From positions 11,201 to 75,200 of the forward strand of contig CAWCGF010000014.1 of assembly GCA_963794955.1 (NCBI GenBank): a stretch of 64,000 bases of DNA. Direction: 5' to 3'. The position numbers and the translations under genes are program-made. The notes under the pieces are model-generated. The model saw only the letters and a program-made list of their open reading frames with translations. It was not told the origin of the DNA and did no database searches. The first letter of the stretch is position 1, and every line of letters begins with the position of its first letter. Positions 1 through 12,088 of this stretch are shown piece after piece. Origin of the DNA: an uncultured Acidobacteriota bacterium (GTDB lineage Bacteria > Acidobacteriota > Blastocatellia > RBC074).

Positions 1-1
1 C

Positions 2-694
2 CGCTTTTACATAGCCACTTTCAATGAAGATCACGCGATCTGACATCGCATTCACTTCATGCAAAATGTGGCTGGAGATAATCAGATGTAACCCGCTTCG
101 CGCCAACTCTCGGAACAATCTGATCGTGTCCGCCCGTGCCATCGGATCAAGGCCATTCAGCGGTTCGTCCATCACAATGACCGTAGGATTGTGGGCAATG
201 GATTGGGCCAGGCGCGCACGTTGTCGCATCCCTTTACTATAGCCCGCGACTTTGCGTTTGGCCGCTTCTGTGAGGCCAACACGCTCCAACGCTTGCCAGG
301 TCATTTGGTCGGCGACTTTCGCGCCGTAGCCTTGGACGCGGAGGTAGGAATAAATAAATTCATAGCCGGTGTGCCCCGCAGGAAATGAATCAAACTGGGC
401 GCAATACCCAACCTGGCGAAAATAAACTTCGGGATCGTTGGGCGAATAATCCAACACTTTGATGCGTCCGCGCGTGGGCTGAATCAAACCCGTCATCAAA
501 TTCATCAGCGTCGTTTTGCCTGATCCATTTGGCCCGACGAGGCTCGTGATGCCGGGAGCGATAGTAATATTCACGCGATTCACGCCGAGGATTTCGCCGT
601 AAAACTTAGAGACATCCTCAAAAATAATCATTTGCTCTGCCGCGACGGATTCTTGTGCGGCTGATTTGAGAGGGAGATTAATTGCTGCTTCCAT
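2..694 (-). CDS. ABC transporter ATP-binding protein (runs off the left window edge)
   Basis: Manual translation from ATG at 694 (TAATG overlap with upstream permease stop): MEAAINL...[11 protein letters not shown]...GPNGSGKTT Walker A. Confidence 0.9.
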   Translation of the reverse strand, partial: MEAAINLPLKSAAQESVAAEQMIIFEDVSKFYGEILGVNRVNITIAPGITSLVGPNGSGKTTLMNLMTGLIQPTRGRIKVLDYSPNDPEVYFRQVGYCAQFDSFPAGHTGYEFIYSYLRVQGYGAKVADQMTWQALERVGLTEAAKRKVAGYSKGMRQRARLAQSIAHNPTVIVMDEPLNGLDPMARADTIRLFRELARSGLHLIISSHILHEVNAMSDRVIFIESGYVKA

Positions 695-1572
695 TATTTG
701 ACTACCTCATAAGCCCGTACTTTGAGGGATAAAAGTCCGACACAAATTAACGCCATTGTTAATAATGCCAACCAGATTAACAAGGTAGGCGGAACCATCC
801 AATCTGGTAGTATAGTGTTTTCCATGCGAAACAGTTTATCCATTATCATGTTCAGCAGAAAACCAGGATTTATCAAAGTTCCGGCGTAGGTGTGAAACAG
901 GTCATTGATAATGCCTGTCATGGGGATCGGTATAATGAAAATCCCAAACAGCAAGCCACTCGCCGCCAGCCGCCACTTTACCCACGCAGATAAGGCAATA
1001 GCCATTAAAGCGAGAAGGATGATCCATGACCAACTGACAATGAGAATGGCGCGGGCAATATACAAATTATTCCAAAGCCAACCGCCGCCTTCCAAATAGG
1101 CTTGGAAGAAAAATAACAGCAGCAGCGGAACCCACGTAATCAGCGAAATCAGGATTATTACAACAGACATTTTGCCGATTACATATTCCGCGCGCGTGAG
1201 CGGACGGCAAAGATAGAGCGGCAAGGCATTATTCCCCAAATCACGCGAAATCAGCACAGGCCCAATAATCACCGTTAGAATGAAACCGAGATAAGCTTGA
1301 ATCTGAGTAAAGATGCGGAAGAAGAAGCCGTTCACATCGAATCCAATATCGGACACTCTCACGTTGAAGGCTTCTAACACCGAGATGTTATGCTTCAAGT
1401 AAAGCAAGATCGTCATTATCAACAGCGGCAGATAGCATACAGCAAATAATGCGATAAAGAGTTTGTATTGAAAAAGGCTCTGGTAGGCGTAACGCGGGAT
1501 GATGAGAAATCGTGACCAGAGTGGAGTCGAAGGACCTGAATACTGTTGGTAGGTATGTTGGTAAACTGCCAT
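694..1572 (-). CDS. ABC-2-type transporter permease
   Basis: Multiple TM segments, [18 protein letters not shown] motif; likely start MAVYQH at 1572. Confidence 0.85.
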   Translation of the reverse strand: MAVYQHTYQQYSGPSTPLWSRFLIIPRYAYQSLFQYKLFIALFAVCYLPLLIMTILLYLKHNISVLEAFNVRVSDIGFDVNGFFFRIFTQIQAYLGFILTVIIGPVLISRDLGNNALPLYLCRPLTRAEYVIGKMSVVIILISLITWVPLLLLFFFQAYLEGGGWLWNNLYIARAILIVSWSWIILLALMAIALSAWVKWRLAASGLLFGIFIIPIPMTGIINDLFHTYAGTLINPGFLLNMIMDKLFRMENTILPDWMVPPTLLIWLALLTMALICVGLLSLKVRAYEVVK

Positions 1573-1711
1573 GACAAGATGCTCCGTCAAGGAACGGGTT
1601 ATTGCTAATATGAAAGCCTTAAAACTGTAATAGCTACGACGACCTGCGAGTGATTGATCGTCGTAGCTATTACGCAATGGGGATTGTAAATGTTCTTCAA
1701 ATTCTCGGTAA

Positions 1712-2287
1712 TTAACCGGCACTTTGGTAGGCTTGTGCAAGCCAGCCGATTAACTCCGCATCCACTTCAGCCGGGCTAGTCAGTTTCACTTTGTAATTGC
1801 ACATACCGCCGGGCGGCTGGGCGGTCAATCGTTCAGTGCCCGCGCCCCCTTTCATATTTAACCCGACTTCCACACGGGTATTTGTGGCCGGCGTAATCAT
1901 CGCAAATTGCTTTTTGCGACGCAGGCTAACATAGCCTTTTTTCGGGGCGATCTCAAACTCGCCGATTGAATTAATGGCACTCATCAGCGCATCGTGAATC
2001 GGGCGCAGAGGCTCCTTGGCACCGACATAGATCGCAGCGACGACGTCTTCAATCGTCGCGTGGCTGGCTTGTGCCGCGCTTGCACCATCGCTCTTGAGCG
2101 CGTAATGCGTCAAAGTGTTGGCATCACCGTGACCCAGCCCCAAGTCGCGTTTGAGCATATCGCGGATTTCTCCATGTTTGCCCAAGCCACTTTGCCGTAC
2201 TAGCTCGCTAAGTTCAGCCAATGACTTGCCGGTTTTAGTTTGGATATTGTTGAGTTGTGTTTCCAACCCTTTGTCTACAACATTCAT
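1712..2287 (-). CDS. DUF4287/DUF5655-like protein
   Basis: [10 protein letters not shown]...[10 protein letters not shown]-domain and [15 protein letters not shown]-domain. Confidence 0.75.
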   Translation of the reverse strand: MNVVDKGLETQLNNIQTKTGKSLAELSELVRQSGLGKHGEIRDMLKRDLGLGHGDANTLTHYALKSDGASAAQASHATIEDVVAAIYVGAKEPLRPIHDALMSAINSIGEFEIAPKKGYVSLRRKKQFAMITPATNTRVEVGLNMKGGAGTERLTAQPPGGMCNYKVKLTSPAEVDAELIGWLAQAYQSAG

Positions 2288-2763
2288 GCGCTGGCCTCCT
2301 TTTTGATCATCGCCGCAATTACCAGCGAGGTAATCGCCCCCATAATAATTGCTGCGAAAACGCTTTGCAGCACGTAGCTTTGTAAATTGAAAAACGCCTG
2401 CGCCTGATCCAGCGTTGTTTTTCCCTGTGCCACCCCATAGCGAATCGCATTTTCAAAATACCCAGGATTGATGATGCGATGAAAAATGAACTGTGTCAGC
2501 GGACTTAGCACGGCCACGACGAGACTGACGCCAAGGCCGCAGAAAAACGCTTGCTTGAAAGTAATGACGCCGCCCAGCGCCTGTCGCTTCTCCAGAATCG
2601 CCATCACCATAATGATCACGGACGGAATCGCTACCAGATTAGTCAGAATCGGATGCCAGGCAATGAATCTGCCGTGCAAGCCAACGGCGTATTCCAGGCA
2701 AACCCAAAGCAATCCCATGATTGAAAAGATTACGCCCCATTTGATCTCTGTTTTAGTGAACAT
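2284..2763 (-). CDS. DUF4199-like membrane protein
   Basis: Four TM helices, ITFKQAF and [10 protein letters not shown] motifs. Confidence 0.75.
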   Translation of the reverse strand: MFTKTEIKWGVIFSIMGLLWVCLEYAVGLHGRFIAWHPILTNLVAIPSVIIMVMAILEKRQALGGVITFKQAFFCGLGVSLVVAVLSPLTQFIFHRIINPGYFENAIRYGVAQGKTTLDQAQAFFNLQSYVLQSVFAAIIMGAITSLVIAAMIKKEASA

Positions 2764-3259
2764 CTGCTACCTCCTTCAGTGATGTGGCCTCACAATTTGC
2801 CCGCTTGAACGGGAAATCAATCCCGCGTGCTTTGCCCTTCCTTTCGCCTTCGATGCGCGCTTGCAATGAGCCATCGGCAATTAGGCGATAGATGACGCGC
2901 TGCGGAAAATCGTGTTTCGGGTTTTCAAAGATCGCCTCTTTGTCGCGCAGGCTTTTCAGCTTGAACGACGCTGACGGTTGATCGGATGGTTGTGCGGTGA
3001 AATACAACCCATCAGCTTCCTGATGAATACGCATAAACTCGTACTCCGTCGTTTTCCCCTCCACAACGGCCCGGCCTACGCCCAACAATGTTCCCCCAAC
3101 AGCCTTACTCCAGGTTTCATCCCGTTGTCGCTTCCCCACAGTATTTTCCCAGCAGCCTGTTAGCCAGGCCAAATCGTTGATGGTAGGTTGGCGCTCTTCA
3201 GCACTGACGACAAGCAAGCACAAACAAACAAAGAATAGGATTCGTGTCACATTTCGCAT
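2753..3259 (-). CDS. Secreted DUF6265-like protein
   Basis: Signal peptide, LAWLTGCW and [14 protein letters not shown] motifs. Confidence 0.75.
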   Translation of the reverse strand: MRNVTRILFFVCLCLLVVSAEERQPTINDLAWLTGCWENTVGKRQRDETWSKAVGGTLLGVGRAVVEGKTTEYEFMRIHQEADGLYFTAQPSDQPSASFKLKSLRDKEAIFENPKHDFPQRVIYRLIADGSLQARIEGERKGKARGIDFPFKRANCEATSLKEVADVH

Positions 3260-3281
3260 GAATTTTCCTCCTTGAAAAAAT

Positions 3282-3395
3282 CAATAGGCAAAAGGCAAAT
3301 ATCAAAAGCTAAAAGGACGGAATTGATATCCAGAAAAGAAAAGAGACCTGCCAGCCTTTTGCAATTTGCCTTTTGCAATTTGCCTTTTGATTTGC
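3282..3395. repeat. Inverted degenerate heptamer array (GGCAAAA-like / CCTTTTG-CAATTTG)
   Basis: ggcaaaa ggcaaat atcaaaa gctaaaa ... ccttttg caatttg ccttttg caatttg ccttttg. Confidence 0.8.
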
Positions 3396-3397
3396 AG

Positions 3398-3787
3398 CTA
3401 GGCTGCCTTTGGATCGTCTTGCATGATGCCGAAAATATTGCCTTCAGTGTCTTTCACATACGCCAGCCAGCCCACTCCGGGGATAGCCATTTTGGGCACA
3501 GCAATCGAACCGCCATGGGCCAGGGCCTGGCGTACTTCCTCATCAATTGCGGTGGAAATTACCGTGCAAACATACGCGTTGACAGCTTGGCCATCCGTCG
3601 GCGGTGCCCCCATACGTTTCACCAAACCGCCATCAATGCCGGGCTGATCGGCTTCTCCGGTTTTGATAAGCCAATAGGGCTGCGGGCCATCCCATTGGTT
3701 GAATTGCCAGCCGAAGACAGTTTGATAGAAAGTAATGGCGCGGCCTGGATCATCCGCGTGAATTTCAAAGTGACCTACACGAGCCAT
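3398..3787 (-). CDS. VOC/glyoxalase family protein
   Basis: HFEIHADD, FYQTVFGWQF, PGVGWLAYVKDTEGN. Confidence 0.9.
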   Translation of the reverse strand: MARVGHFEIHADDPGRAITFYQTVFGWQFNQWDGPQPYWLIKTGEADQPGIDGGLVKRMGAPPTDGQAVNAYVCTVISTAIDEEVRQALAHGGSIAVPKMAIPGVGWLAYVKDTEGNIFGIMQDDPKAA

Positions 3788-3953
3788 AGGAATGCCTCCT
3801 TCTAAATCGGGTACTGCTTGTTGTTATAAAAGAAGTTCGAGGATGAATCCCGAACCACCATGTTCGCCGCTATGGTTGCGCACTATACCCGACTTGCCCT
3901 TGTGTTTCAAGAGTGAAACGATTGTTTCAAGACTGAATGGGGGAAGAGTGGAG

Positions 3954-4022
3954 GTGGGGCCAACTTTCCCGTTTGCTCCTGACTTCGCAGCGAGTCACAT
4001 TACCAACGGGAAAGTTGGCCTG
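3954..4022. repeat. Degenerate REPIN-like inverted pair
   Basis: ggccaactttcccgtttg ... ccaacgggaaagttggcc; similar to the GTACAGCAAACT family. Confidence 0.6.
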
Positions 4023-4026
4023 AAAG

Positions 4027-4938
4027 TTATTCCATTGCTTTTAAAAAGATGTCTTCGAGAGAGTCGCGCTTAAAGTTCAAGCTGCGAATTTGCAGGTCGT
4101 AGTTGCGCGCGATTTGGTAGAGGTCACGCACTTCCATTTCTTCATTCAAGATCAGTTTCATCCGCTGTTTGCTGGTGATGGCGGATTCGCAACCTAATTC
4201 ATTGACGGCTTGTGCGAAGGCTACTTGCTCGCCGCGCGTTTCAATTTCGATGAATTTGCGATTAGCTTTGCGCTCTGCTTCCAGGTTGTGATGCGCAGCG
4301 ATGCGCCCTTGCTTCAAGATCAAAATCTCTTCACAACATTCCTCAACATCGTGCAGCAAGTGCGAAGAAAGTATAATTTGCGCTTGCCCACTATCCCGAA
4401 TTTCGCGGATGAGTTCGATCATTCGTGTGCGCGCGGGCGGGTCGAGGCCGTTCGTTGGTTCATCAAGAATGATGAGTTTTGGGCCATGCACAATGGCCTG
4501 TGCGAGCTTAGCCAGTTGTTTCATGCCAAGCGAATAAGAGCCAAGTTGCCGATACCGCGCTTCCCCCAGCCCCACATAAAACAACGCCTCGTGCGCCCGT
4601 TCCAACGCCGCCTCTGAAGGCAAGCCCGATAGTTCTGCCATCAAACGCACGAAATGCACGCACGTCATATTCGCGATAAACGAATCGCGCTCCGGCATAA
4701 ATCCAATTGCCGCGCGAATCTGTTTGGCCTCAGTCGTGATGTCGCGTCCCAGCACGCGCGCCGTGCCTGCGGACGGCGCATGGAACCCTAGCAGCGTATG
4801 AATGAGTGTCGTCTTCCCCGCGCCATTCGGGCCCAGCAAGCCAATCGCGCGTCCGGTCAACGCCACATGCAACTGATCGAGAATCGGTCGTCCGCCGAAT
4901 TGAATGCTGAGATTATCAAGTTCGATGATGGGAGTCAT
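4027..4938 (-). CDS. ABC transporter ATP-binding protein
   Basis: [16 protein letters not shown] signature, LDEPT Walker B, H-loop. Confidence 0.95.
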   Translation of the reverse strand: MTPIIELDNLSIQFGGRPILDQLHVALTGRAIGLLGPNGAGKTTLIHTLLGFHAPSAGTARVLGRDITTEAKQIRAAIGFMPERDSFIANMTCVHFVRLMAELSGLPSEAALERAHEALFYVGLGEARYRQLGSYSLGMKQLAKLAQAIVHGPKLIILDEPTNGLDPPARTRMIELIREIRDSGQAQIILSSHLLHDVEECCEEILILKQGRIAAHHNLEAERKANRKFIEIETRGEQVAFAQAVNELGCESAITSKQRMKLILNEEMEVRDLYQIARNYDLQIRSLNFKRDSLEDIFLKAME

Positions 4939-4950
4939 AAAGCGAAGAGA

Positions 4951-5008
4951 AATAGACTACAGACGAGGCGAACTATTGCTGAATAGTTCGCCTCGTCTGT
5001 AGTCTATT
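4951..5008. terminator. Perfect 27-bp hairpin (terminator or RNA-stabilising stem)
   Basis: aatagactacagacgaggcgaactatt-gctg-aatagttcgcctcgtctgtagtctatt. Confidence 0.6.
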
Positions 5009-5931
5009 TAAAGTTGTCTTAGTGTCTTTTCAAGTTTTTTTACAACAGTTTTCGGACTGCCACTTGCTGCGGCTTCGGGCGCTTTGGTTGAAGTCGCTCC
5101 CGCCCGTGCCAGCCAGACGTTACCATTGGTGCCATTGACTTCGATTGTCGGGCCGCCGGTACCGATCACTGCGCGGTATCGGCCATGCTTTTGTTCCTCG
5201 ACTTTGAGGTTTGGCAACTCGGCGTTCACACGTCCGTTTGAGCCATGCATTTCGATCTGGGCATTCACTTCTTCCGTGAATTTCAAATCAATGTTGCCAT
5301 TGACGCCATGAATACTTACGCCGTCTTTGTCGAGCTTCGCCAACGTCGCTTCGATTTTGCCGTTGATGCCACCGAATTCAACCGCGCCCGCAGCTTTCGC
5401 AATGGTGACTTTGCCGTTGATACCATTGGCTTCGACCCGGCCTTCGATTTCGCCGATGTTTACCCGCCCATTGCAACCCGCAACGGCGAGCTGTCCCAGC
5501 TTACGTGGTAGCTTGAGCGTCACGCGGGTGCGCAAATCGTCATCTCCGGTGATCTCGTCCCAAATGCTATGCCCCTCGCGGTCATTGCCCCGAATTTTGA
5601 GTTGATTGTTCTCAAAGCTAATGTGCGTCTTGCGCTTTTCAAACGTTTCTTTGTTGCGAGCCAGGCGCAGGATATGGATTTCGGCTTTATCGCTCTCGCT
5701 CGTCGTGATGTCTACCGACCCATTAATGTTGAAAACTTCCACTTCGGCGTTGGCGTCCAACCTGTAGGTTTGGGTGATTTCTTCGCGGGCTTTGAAATCC
5801 GCATCGTCATTGCCCTTGTTGTTTTCAACCTTGGCCTTATTAGCAGCGTGCGAACGCTTTGAAAAACACCCCGTCGCAACAAGCGTTGCAGCGCACGTCG
5901 CAACCAGAACAAATAAAGTAACTTTTCTCAT
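5008..5931 (-). CDS. DUF4097/adhesin-like beta-strand repeat lipoprotein
   Basis: VATGC lipobox-like site; repeated (G/N)xNGxV units; start MRKV at 5931. Confidence 0.75.
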   Translation of the reverse strand: MRKVTLFVLVATCAATLVATGCFSKRSHAANKAKVENNKGNDDADFKAREEITQTYRLDANAEVEVFNINGSVDITTSESDKAEIHILRLARNKETFEKRKTHISFENNQLKIRGNDREGHSIWDEITGDDDLRTRVTLKLPRKLGQLAVAGCNGRVNIGEIEGRVEANGINGKVTIAKAAGAVEFGGINGKIEATLAKLDKDGVSIHGVNGNIDLKFTEEVNAQIEMHGSNGRVNAELPNLKVEEQKHGRYRAVIGTGGPTIEVNGTNGNVWLARAGATSTKAPEAAASGSPKTVVKKLEKTLRQL

Positions 5932-6027
5932 TGTGCCTCCAGATTTGGGAGTTGAATTCCGAAACTCAAGTACGCCAATCGGTAGAAAGAAGTTCCCACC
6001 GATTGGCGACAAAAAGAGCAGCCCAAC

Positions 6028-8658
6028 TTACTTCTTCATTGCCTCATTCATAATGCCTTGCAGCGCGAACGAGCCTGATCCGCCCAGGATGTCTCCCAGA
6101 TTCAAAGCGCCCTTTTCCGTGTTTACTGACAGCGTGATACGGTCTCCGTATGAGTACGCATACGCCAGGGACGGAGCGTCATTCGCCATTGCTGTGATTG
6201 CTCCCATTTGCCCGCCGCGCATCTTCTCGTTGATATTGCCCATCGTCTTCGCAATCGGATTCACTATCGGCGCGAGGTTTTGATAGAGCAGCGCTGAGAA
6301 GTTCGCCTGCTTGTCTTCCGGCAAGGAAGCGACGAACCGTGGCGAACGAATAAGCGTGTAACCAGAATCGCGATAGCGCAGCGCCCGATCAATCAAGGCC
6401 TGGCTCGGCGCGATCACAACATAGCCATTTGAGAAGGCATAGTGTACTTCGACCGGGAAAGCCAGCGACTTGATGGTGTAGAACGTTTGGCCGCTTTGCT
6501 CCGTTTTGTCGAGCGTGAAGCCTTGCTTGCCCGCCTGTTGTGCGATGCGATTCAACTCGCCCACGATGCGCTCGAAGGTTTGCTGCATCCGCGCTTGATC
6601 ATAAACTTCAACTACTATCTTCCACGCAGGCGTTGGCAGCAGCGGGCCATCCAGCGCCATTGCGAATTCGCCTCCGAGCGGCGCGGCCAGGTCGTCGCGA
6701 ATGCTCAAGCCATGCTCGGCTTCAAATTTCGCCATCTCGTCACCAAATTTTGGTTCGACGGCTTTCAGCGCGTTGATCAAGTTGTCGGCCATCGCCTTTG
6801 GGTCTTTGATGGCGAACGCGCCCACGACATTGGCATCGGCGGAAATGTAATTCAACGACCCCATCGGCGCTGGTTGCGCTAACCAGGCGGCAATGCCTTT
6901 ATTGGCTTCGCTAAAGGTCAACTCGGCGCTGTTTTGCGCTTTGCCGTTGCTGTCTTTGATTTCCGCAATCAAATGCTTGAGGTTTGTAAAGCCGAGTTGT
7001 TCGGACGCGGCATTGGTTTTCTGATCGTGACGCGCAATGTTCGGCGTGATTTTTTCCAGGTCTGCCGCGACGATCACGCTGGTGCCTTCGCGGTAACGAT
7101 CCGCGATGCGGGCATAGAACGAAGTGCTCTTGAAGCTGCTTTCGGCTTTTGCTGACACGGCGAACCGTTGCAGGTTTGCCAACTTCGGAGAGGCCGTAAA
7201 TAGGTTGCCATTCAACCACAAGTACAAGTCCTTGCCCGCCACCGCTTGCGCCGTGGCTGGATCGTCAACAATTTGGATCGAAGCGTTGCCTAACTGCTCA
7301 ATTGCCGCGCGCAAGCCTTCGGCATTGCGCAGATCAGCGACGAACAATGGTTCTTCGGGGGAGCCTTGCGGATTCAAGGCAAAGCTCATCGTAATTTCCT
7401 CGCCGAGATGAGAGCCAAATTCGCGCATTTGGGCAAACGCTTTGTCGGCAAATCCGAAGGGGCGGTCTTCTTTGGCTTGTTGTTTGTTCATCCACGCATC
7501 CAGTTCGGGATTCTGTTCGATGCGTTGCTTGACCAAATTATATGAAGCGTTGAGCGTTTCGGTCAGATTCGGCAAGGCAACGTAAAACACTGTCCCAGCA
7601 GGCATCACGTCCAGCACATGCGTGGAATTGCGCACGCCAGGACGCGGCAGTGCCTCCAGGTCTTGCCGCAGTTTAGCGACCTCCGCCAGCATTTGGTCAT
7701 AGCGGTCGGCATTGCGGCTCCAACGCACTTCCTCCTGAATAGCGACACGTTCGAGGCTGGCGTTCGTGGTCGTTTGATCGCCGGGCAACAGCTTGGCATC
7801 TTTGCCATCGTGTTCGACATGAACTTCACCTTCCACGACGGAAACGCGCGATCCTTTAGTGCCATTGTTGACGGAGAAAATTGTGCCGACGACAGACACC
7901 AACGCATCGTCAGTTTTCACGTACAGATGCTTGTCGCGTTGTTTCGCTGCCTGCACGATCACGTTGCCCTGGTTCAGGTGAATGGTCGTGCCTTCGGGGC
8001 TATCGGTCAGCGCAAATTCAGAACGTTCCGCCATTTCAAGCAGCGAGCCGTCGGGCAATTTCACTTCTGCCGTAGCGCCTTTCGCGGTGCGAACGCGTTC
8101 GCCGCGCTTGATCTTTTCGCCGACAGGCAACAATTGATTTTGTGTGCCGCTGACGCGGTAGACCGGGCCATTCGAGGCCATGACAACCGCATCGAATACC
8201 TTGAAGGAATTAAGGATGTATTCCAGGATTTTCCAGGAACCCGCGCTTAAGCCCAGCACCAACATCGCCGCCATGGCATAGCGAAATATTGGTTGCTGGA
8301 AGCTGAACCAGGAAGCTTTCGTTTCTGTCATGGCGGCGACCTGTGGTTTAGCAGTGGCAGTGCGCGCTTCTTTCAAGCCTTTGCGACAGGCAAAACACTC
8401 GCGCGTGTGGTCTTCAAACAGAAGCACGCGCGCGGAGGTAAGCTGTTTGCTCAAATAAGCCGGAATCAGCGATTGGAAGTCATTGCAATCGCGCAGGTGT
8501 TCCGCCTGTGCAGTGTTGGTGACCGCGATCTCAGCTTCCTGATTGGCAACGCGCGCCCAGACACGATCTGCGGCAGCGTTGACAACCTTGCTATCGGGCG
8601 TTTCATTTTGAATGTCTTTCATAACTTGATCGAAAATTTGATTAGCGTTTCTTTTCAT
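6028..8658 (-). CDS. Zinc-finger anti-sigma / FecR-domain protein with large C-terminal extracytoplasmic domain
   Basis: HxxxCxxC (HTRECFAC), one TM, FecR motif VVGTIFSV...VSVVEGEV; directly downstream of ECF sigma. Confidence 0.85.
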   Translation of the reverse strand: MKRNANQIFDQVMKDIQNETPDSKVVNAAADRVWARVANQEAEIAVTNTAQAEHLRDCNDFQSLIPAYLSKQLTSARVLLFEDHTRECFACRKGLKEARTATAKPQVAAMTETKASWFSFQQPIFRYAMAAMLVLGLSAGSWKILEYILNSFKVFDAVVMASNGPVYRVSGTQNQLLPVGEKIKRGERVRTAKGATAEVKLPDGSLLEMAERSEFALTDSPEGTTIHLNQGNVIVQAAKQRDKHLYVKTDDALVSVVGTIFSVNNGTKGSRVSVVEGEVHVEHDGKDAKLLPGDQTTTNASLERVAIQEEVRWSRNADRYDQMLAEVAKLRQDLEALPRPGVRNSTHVLDVMPAGTVFYVALPNLTETLNASYNLVKQRIEQNPELDAWMNKQQAKEDRPFGFADKAFAQMREFGSHLGEEITMSFALNPQGSPEEPLFVADLRNAEGLRAAIEQLGNASIQIVDDPATAQAVAGKDLYLWLNGNLFTASPKLANLQRFAVSAKAESSFKSTSFYARIADRYREGTSVIVAADLEKITPNIARHDQKTNAASEQLGFTNLKHLIAEIKDSNGKAQNSAELTFSEANKGIAAWLAQPAPMGSLNYISADANVVGAFAIKDPKAMADNLINALKAVEPKFGDEMAKFEAEHGLSIRDDLAAPLGGEFAMALDGPLLPTPAWKIVVEVYDQARMQQTFERIVGELNRIAQQAGKQGFTLDKTEQSGQTFYTIKSLAFPVEVHYAFSNGYVVIAPSQALIDRALRYRDSGYTLIRSPRFVASLPEDKQANFSALLYQNLAPIVNPIAKTMGNINEKMRGGQMGAITAMANDAPSLAYAYSYGDRITLSVNTEKGALNLGDILGGSGSFALQGIMNEAMKK

Positions 8659-8709
8659 AACAACCTCGCTTTAAGGATGAGTGCGATATGAGCTTCGAGC
8701 GATAGCGAC

Positions 8710-9264
8710 TTATAAAACAGCGCCGATGCGTTTCTTGACCTGCGCTCTGGCGCGATGCAACAGCACGCCGACCACCAGATGAGACGTGCCGAGCATTTGG
8801 GCGATTTCTTTGTTTTCGTAGCCTTCGAAATATTTCAGCACAAACATTTCGGCAGAATTCTGACTCAGCTTGGAAATTTCGCTTTGGACAAGCGCGCGGA
8901 GTTCGCGGTCGGAATGCTGCGCTTCGGGATTGCGATTCGTAGCGAACTGGTCAGGCGTAACATCGTCAAGGGAAACTATCTGATTGAGGGTGCGCGAGCG
9001 GACGATGTCGAGCGCGGCATTGATCGCCGCCCGTAGCAAATACGCCTGCGGATTGGCGGCGGACTCCAAGTCATTTTTGCGCCGCACCAAGCGCAAGAAG
9101 ACGGTTTGCAAAACATCTTCAGCGTCCGTGGCATTTCCAGTAACGCGATAGGCGGTGCGAAAAATCTGGTCGTAATATTGCTGAAACAATTGCTCCAACT
9201 GATTAGGCGGGGCGGGTACAGCTTTTAAATGCGATGCAGTTGATAACACGGTAGCCTCCTTCAT
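8710..9264 (-). CDS. ECF sigma-70 factor
   Basis: DAEDVLQTVF region 2, EIAQMLG region 4; GGAG RBS before MKEAT. Confidence 0.93.
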   Translation of the reverse strand: MKEATVLSTASHLKAVPAPPNQLEQLFQQYYDQIFRTAYRVTGNATDAEDVLQTVFLRLVRRKNDLESAANPQAYLLRAAINAALDIVRSRTLNQIVSLDDVTPDQFATNRNPEAQHSDRELRALVQSEISKLSQNSAEMFVLKYFEGYENKEIAQMLGTSHLVVGVLLHRARAQVKKRIGAVL

Positions 9265-9667
9265 ATTCGCGTCTCCACTCACAGAAACGGCACAGACAGA
9301 GAAGTATTAACAAGAAAATTTTGGGAGCGGCGAAATTTTAGCAGAGCCAGCGCGATGCCGTCGCCAGAGGTGCCTGCGAAAAAGGGGATTAAGGCTTGCA
9401 CCGGGAGTTTGTCGAAAGATATTTGCGAATCAGCAGCAAGAGTTGCCTTGGATGAGAACGACTTGCGATTCAAGCCCAACGCCGTGATAGCGGCTCGACC
9501 AATCGGAGCGAGGCTAATCAGCATCGTGTAATCATCGCTCCAGGCAAAATGTTTGTGCCAGTTGTATTGGCGCGGATGAAACAGCGGACCCGCTTCCTGA
9601 ATAAGTCACACTCCCGCTCCCCCCTGGCGAAAGCCGTCAAGTGGGGAGAAAATAGTTGACTGAAATT

Positions 9668-10885
9668 TTAGGTGGACTGGCTGTGGTCGGCGACCATCTG
9701 CTGCATCCGTTGCACGGCAGCTTCCAATGCTTCCAGCGAGTTGGCATACGACAAACGTAAATAGCCTTCCGCGCCAAACGCTGCGCCATCTGTCACGACG
9801 AGACCGTATTTGTAGAGCAGTTCTTGCTCCACGTCTTTCGAGGTCGCAAAGCCACAGTTTTGCATCAACCTCTTAACATTTGGGAACGCATAAAACGCGC
9901 CTTCGGGCTGGCTGCAAACAATGCCGGGGATTTGATTCAAGGCGGGAATAAACCACGCCGCGCGACGTTGATATTCCGCCAGCATCATTTGAACGGAATC
10001 TTGCGCGGAAGTCAGTGCTACAGCGGCGGCGTGCTGCGAAATCGAAGCCGTGTGTGTGGCCGATTGACTTTGCACTTTGAGCACTTCTGTCACCCATTCT
10101 TTTGGTCCTAACGTGTAGCCGACGCGCCAGCCTGTCATTGCGTATGTTTTCGAGAGCGAACCGACGATCAGCACGCGCGCGCGCAAGGCAGGCGGCAAGG
10201 CGGCAGCGGAAAAAGGTTGCTGGGGCGGATAGACGAATTGCAAATAACATTCATCCGAAATCACCCATAAGCCATGCGCAACGGCAACCTCAACAATCTT
10301 TTGAAACTCAGCGGGAGCAAGTACACGCCCAGTTGGATTCGAGGGCGAGTTAACAATCAATAACTTGGATTTCGGTGTAATGGCAGCTTTGACCTGATCA
10401 GCGGTTAAGTGAAAATCGGTCGGTTCCGTGTCTATCCAACAAATCTCGCCTTCGGCAAATTGCACAATGCCAGGGAAGGACACCCAACAGGGTTTTTCCA
10501 ACAGGACTTCATCGCCGGGATTGATCAGCCCCATCACAGCATTGAAAATGCCTTGCTTGCCGCCGACGACTACGCAACAGTTCTCTGCGGTGTAATCTGA
10601 GCCAAATTGCGTATTGATCGAAGCACAAATCGCTTGCCGCAACGGCATAATTCCGCTGGTTGAGGTGTACTTGGTGAAGTTGGCGTCCAAGGCCATTTTG
10701 GCAGCGTTTTTGATATGCTCCGGCGTGGGGAAATCCGGCTCGCCGACCCCCAGATCAATCACGTCAATCCCCTGTGCGCGCAGCTTATCAGCGGCCATTA
10801 CAACGGCGGCGGTGGGCGAGAGCTTTGTGCGTTGCGAGCGCTGCGAGACGGGAAATGCTGCTGGCGGTGAGGGCAAGGTACTCAT
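9668..10885 (-). CDS. Class I PLP-dependent (aspartate-type) aminotransferase
   Basis: [32 protein letters not shown]. Confidence 0.93.
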   Translation of the reverse strand: MSTLPSPPAAFPVSQRSQRTKLSPTAAVVMAADKLRAQGIDVIDLGVGEPDFPTPEHIKNAAKMALDANFTKYTSTSGIMPLRQAICASINTQFGSDYTAENCCVVVGGKQGIFNAVMGLINPGDEVLLEKPCWVSFPGIVQFAEGEICWIDTEPTDFHLTADQVKAAITPKSKLLIVNSPSNPTGRVLAPAEFQKIVEVAVAHGLWVISDECYLQFVYPPQQPFSAAALPPALRARVLIVGSLSKTYAMTGWRVGYTLGPKEWVTEVLKVQSQSATHTASISQHAAAVALTSAQDSVQMMLAEYQRRAAWFIPALNQIPGIVCSQPEGAFYAFPNVKRLMQNCGFATSKDVEQELLYKYGLVVTDGAAFGAEGYLRLSYANSLEALEAAVQRMQQMVADHSQST

Positions 10886-11388
10886 GGCTTTTCTTCTTGT
10901 AGCTTGGCTTTCATCTGCTCAACGACTATGGCAGGAACCAGTCCATCAATATTGCCCCCGTAACTAAACACTTCTTTGACCAGTCGTGAACTGAGATAGG
11001 AATACTCCTGCGCAGAAAGCAAAAAGACGGTTTCAATAGTGGGGGCGAGGCGGCGGTTCATCAACGCCAATTGTTGTTCGTAATCGTAGTCCGAAATCGC
11101 GCGAATCCCACGCACGACGGCGTGCGCTTGCTGTTGCTGGGCATAGTCGGCCAATAACCCGCCGAAAGTATCCACCAACACCTTGCCCGAAAAGTTGTCC
11201 GCCCGCTCAGCAATCACTTCGCGCAGAATGTCTACGCGCTCGGCTATAGAGAACATCGAAGTCTTGTTCGGGTTGACGAGGATAGCGATGACGACCTCAT
11301 CGAACATCCGGCTGGCACGCTCCACGATGTCGAGGTGTCCGCACGTCACGGGATCAAAAGAACCAGGATAAATTGCACGACGTGTCAT
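10882..11388 (-). CDS. coaD: Phosphopantetheine adenylyltransferase
   Basis: [30 protein letters not shown]. Confidence 0.97.
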   Translation of the reverse strand: MTRRAIYPGSFDPVTCGHLDIVERASRMFDEVVIAILVNPNKTSMFSIAERVDILREVIAERADNFSGKVLVDTFGGLLADYAQQQQAHAVVRGIRAISDYDYEQQLALMNRRLAPTIETVFLLSAQEYSYLSSRLVKEVFSYGGNIDGLVPAIVVEQMKAKLQEEKP

Positions 11389-11391
11389 ATT

Positions 11392-11477
11392 TTAGCTGTT
11401 AGCTGTTGGCTGTTAGCTGTTAGCGAGTAGTCCCCAAATGTATTGGCTAAAAGCTAACGGTTAAGAGCGAACGGCTA
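11392..11477. repeat. Inverted heptamer array (TTAGCTG)n
   Basis: ttagctg ttagctg ttggctg ttagctg ttagc ... gctaaaa gctaacg gttaaga gcgaacg gcta. Confidence 0.85.
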
Positions 11478-11479
11478 TT

Positions 11480-12043
11480 TCAGGCTATCCCCCTCTCCAT
11501 ACTAAAAAACGTCAGACAGGAATCGCCCTGCACAATTTGGCGGTAGGGGCGCAGGTAATCATAATTCGGCAGCAGCCCCATTTTCTTGCGATGCTCGACG
11601 ATAACCAAGCCTTCTTCAGCAATCAGCCTACTCTTCGCCAGCGTCCACATCACTTGCGTATAGACTTCCGAATCATAGGGCGGATCGAGGTAGAAATAAT
11701 CAAATTGCATCAGATGTTGGGCGAAATATTTCAAAGTCGCCACCGCTTCCCGGTTGATGACTTTGACGTTTTCGTTGATGCCGCAGTGGTCTAAATTTTC
11801 CGCCAACACTTGCGCCGGTTTGCGATTCGATTCAATAAAGGTGACGTGTCCGGCACCACGCGACAGCGCTTCGATTCCCACGGCTCCCGTGCCGGCACAG
11901 ATGTCCACAAAGCGCGCACCCTGGATACTAGAGGAAAGCACATTAAATAAAGTTTCCCGTAAGCGATCCGAGGTCGGACGTACTTCCATCCCCTCAACGG
12001 CCTTCAGTCGGCGGCCTTTATAAATTCCACTGATAACTCGCAT
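11480..12043 (-). CDS. rsmD: 16S rRNA m2G966 methyltransferase
   Basis: MRVISG, RPTSDRLRETLFN, DPPY; adjacent to coaD. Confidence 0.95.
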   Translation of the reverse strand: MRVISGIYKGRRLKAVEGMEVRPTSDRLRETLFNVLSSSIQGARFVDICAGTGAVGIEALSRGAGHVTFIESNRKPAQVLAENLDHCGINENVKVINREAVATLKYFAQHLMQFDYFYLDPPYDSEVYTQVMWTLAKSRLIAEEGLVIVEHRKKMGLLPNYDYLRPYRQIVQGDSCLTFFSMERGIA

Positions 12044-12088
12044 AAGTAAGCAATTAGTATTAAGCCAAAGAAGAAGCCTAGCGGCTGG

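Noticed and set aside
9543-9560. Sigma54 promoter TGGCAC...TTGC on the minus strand
   Set aside because: GG-GC spacing is 12 nt rather than the required 10.
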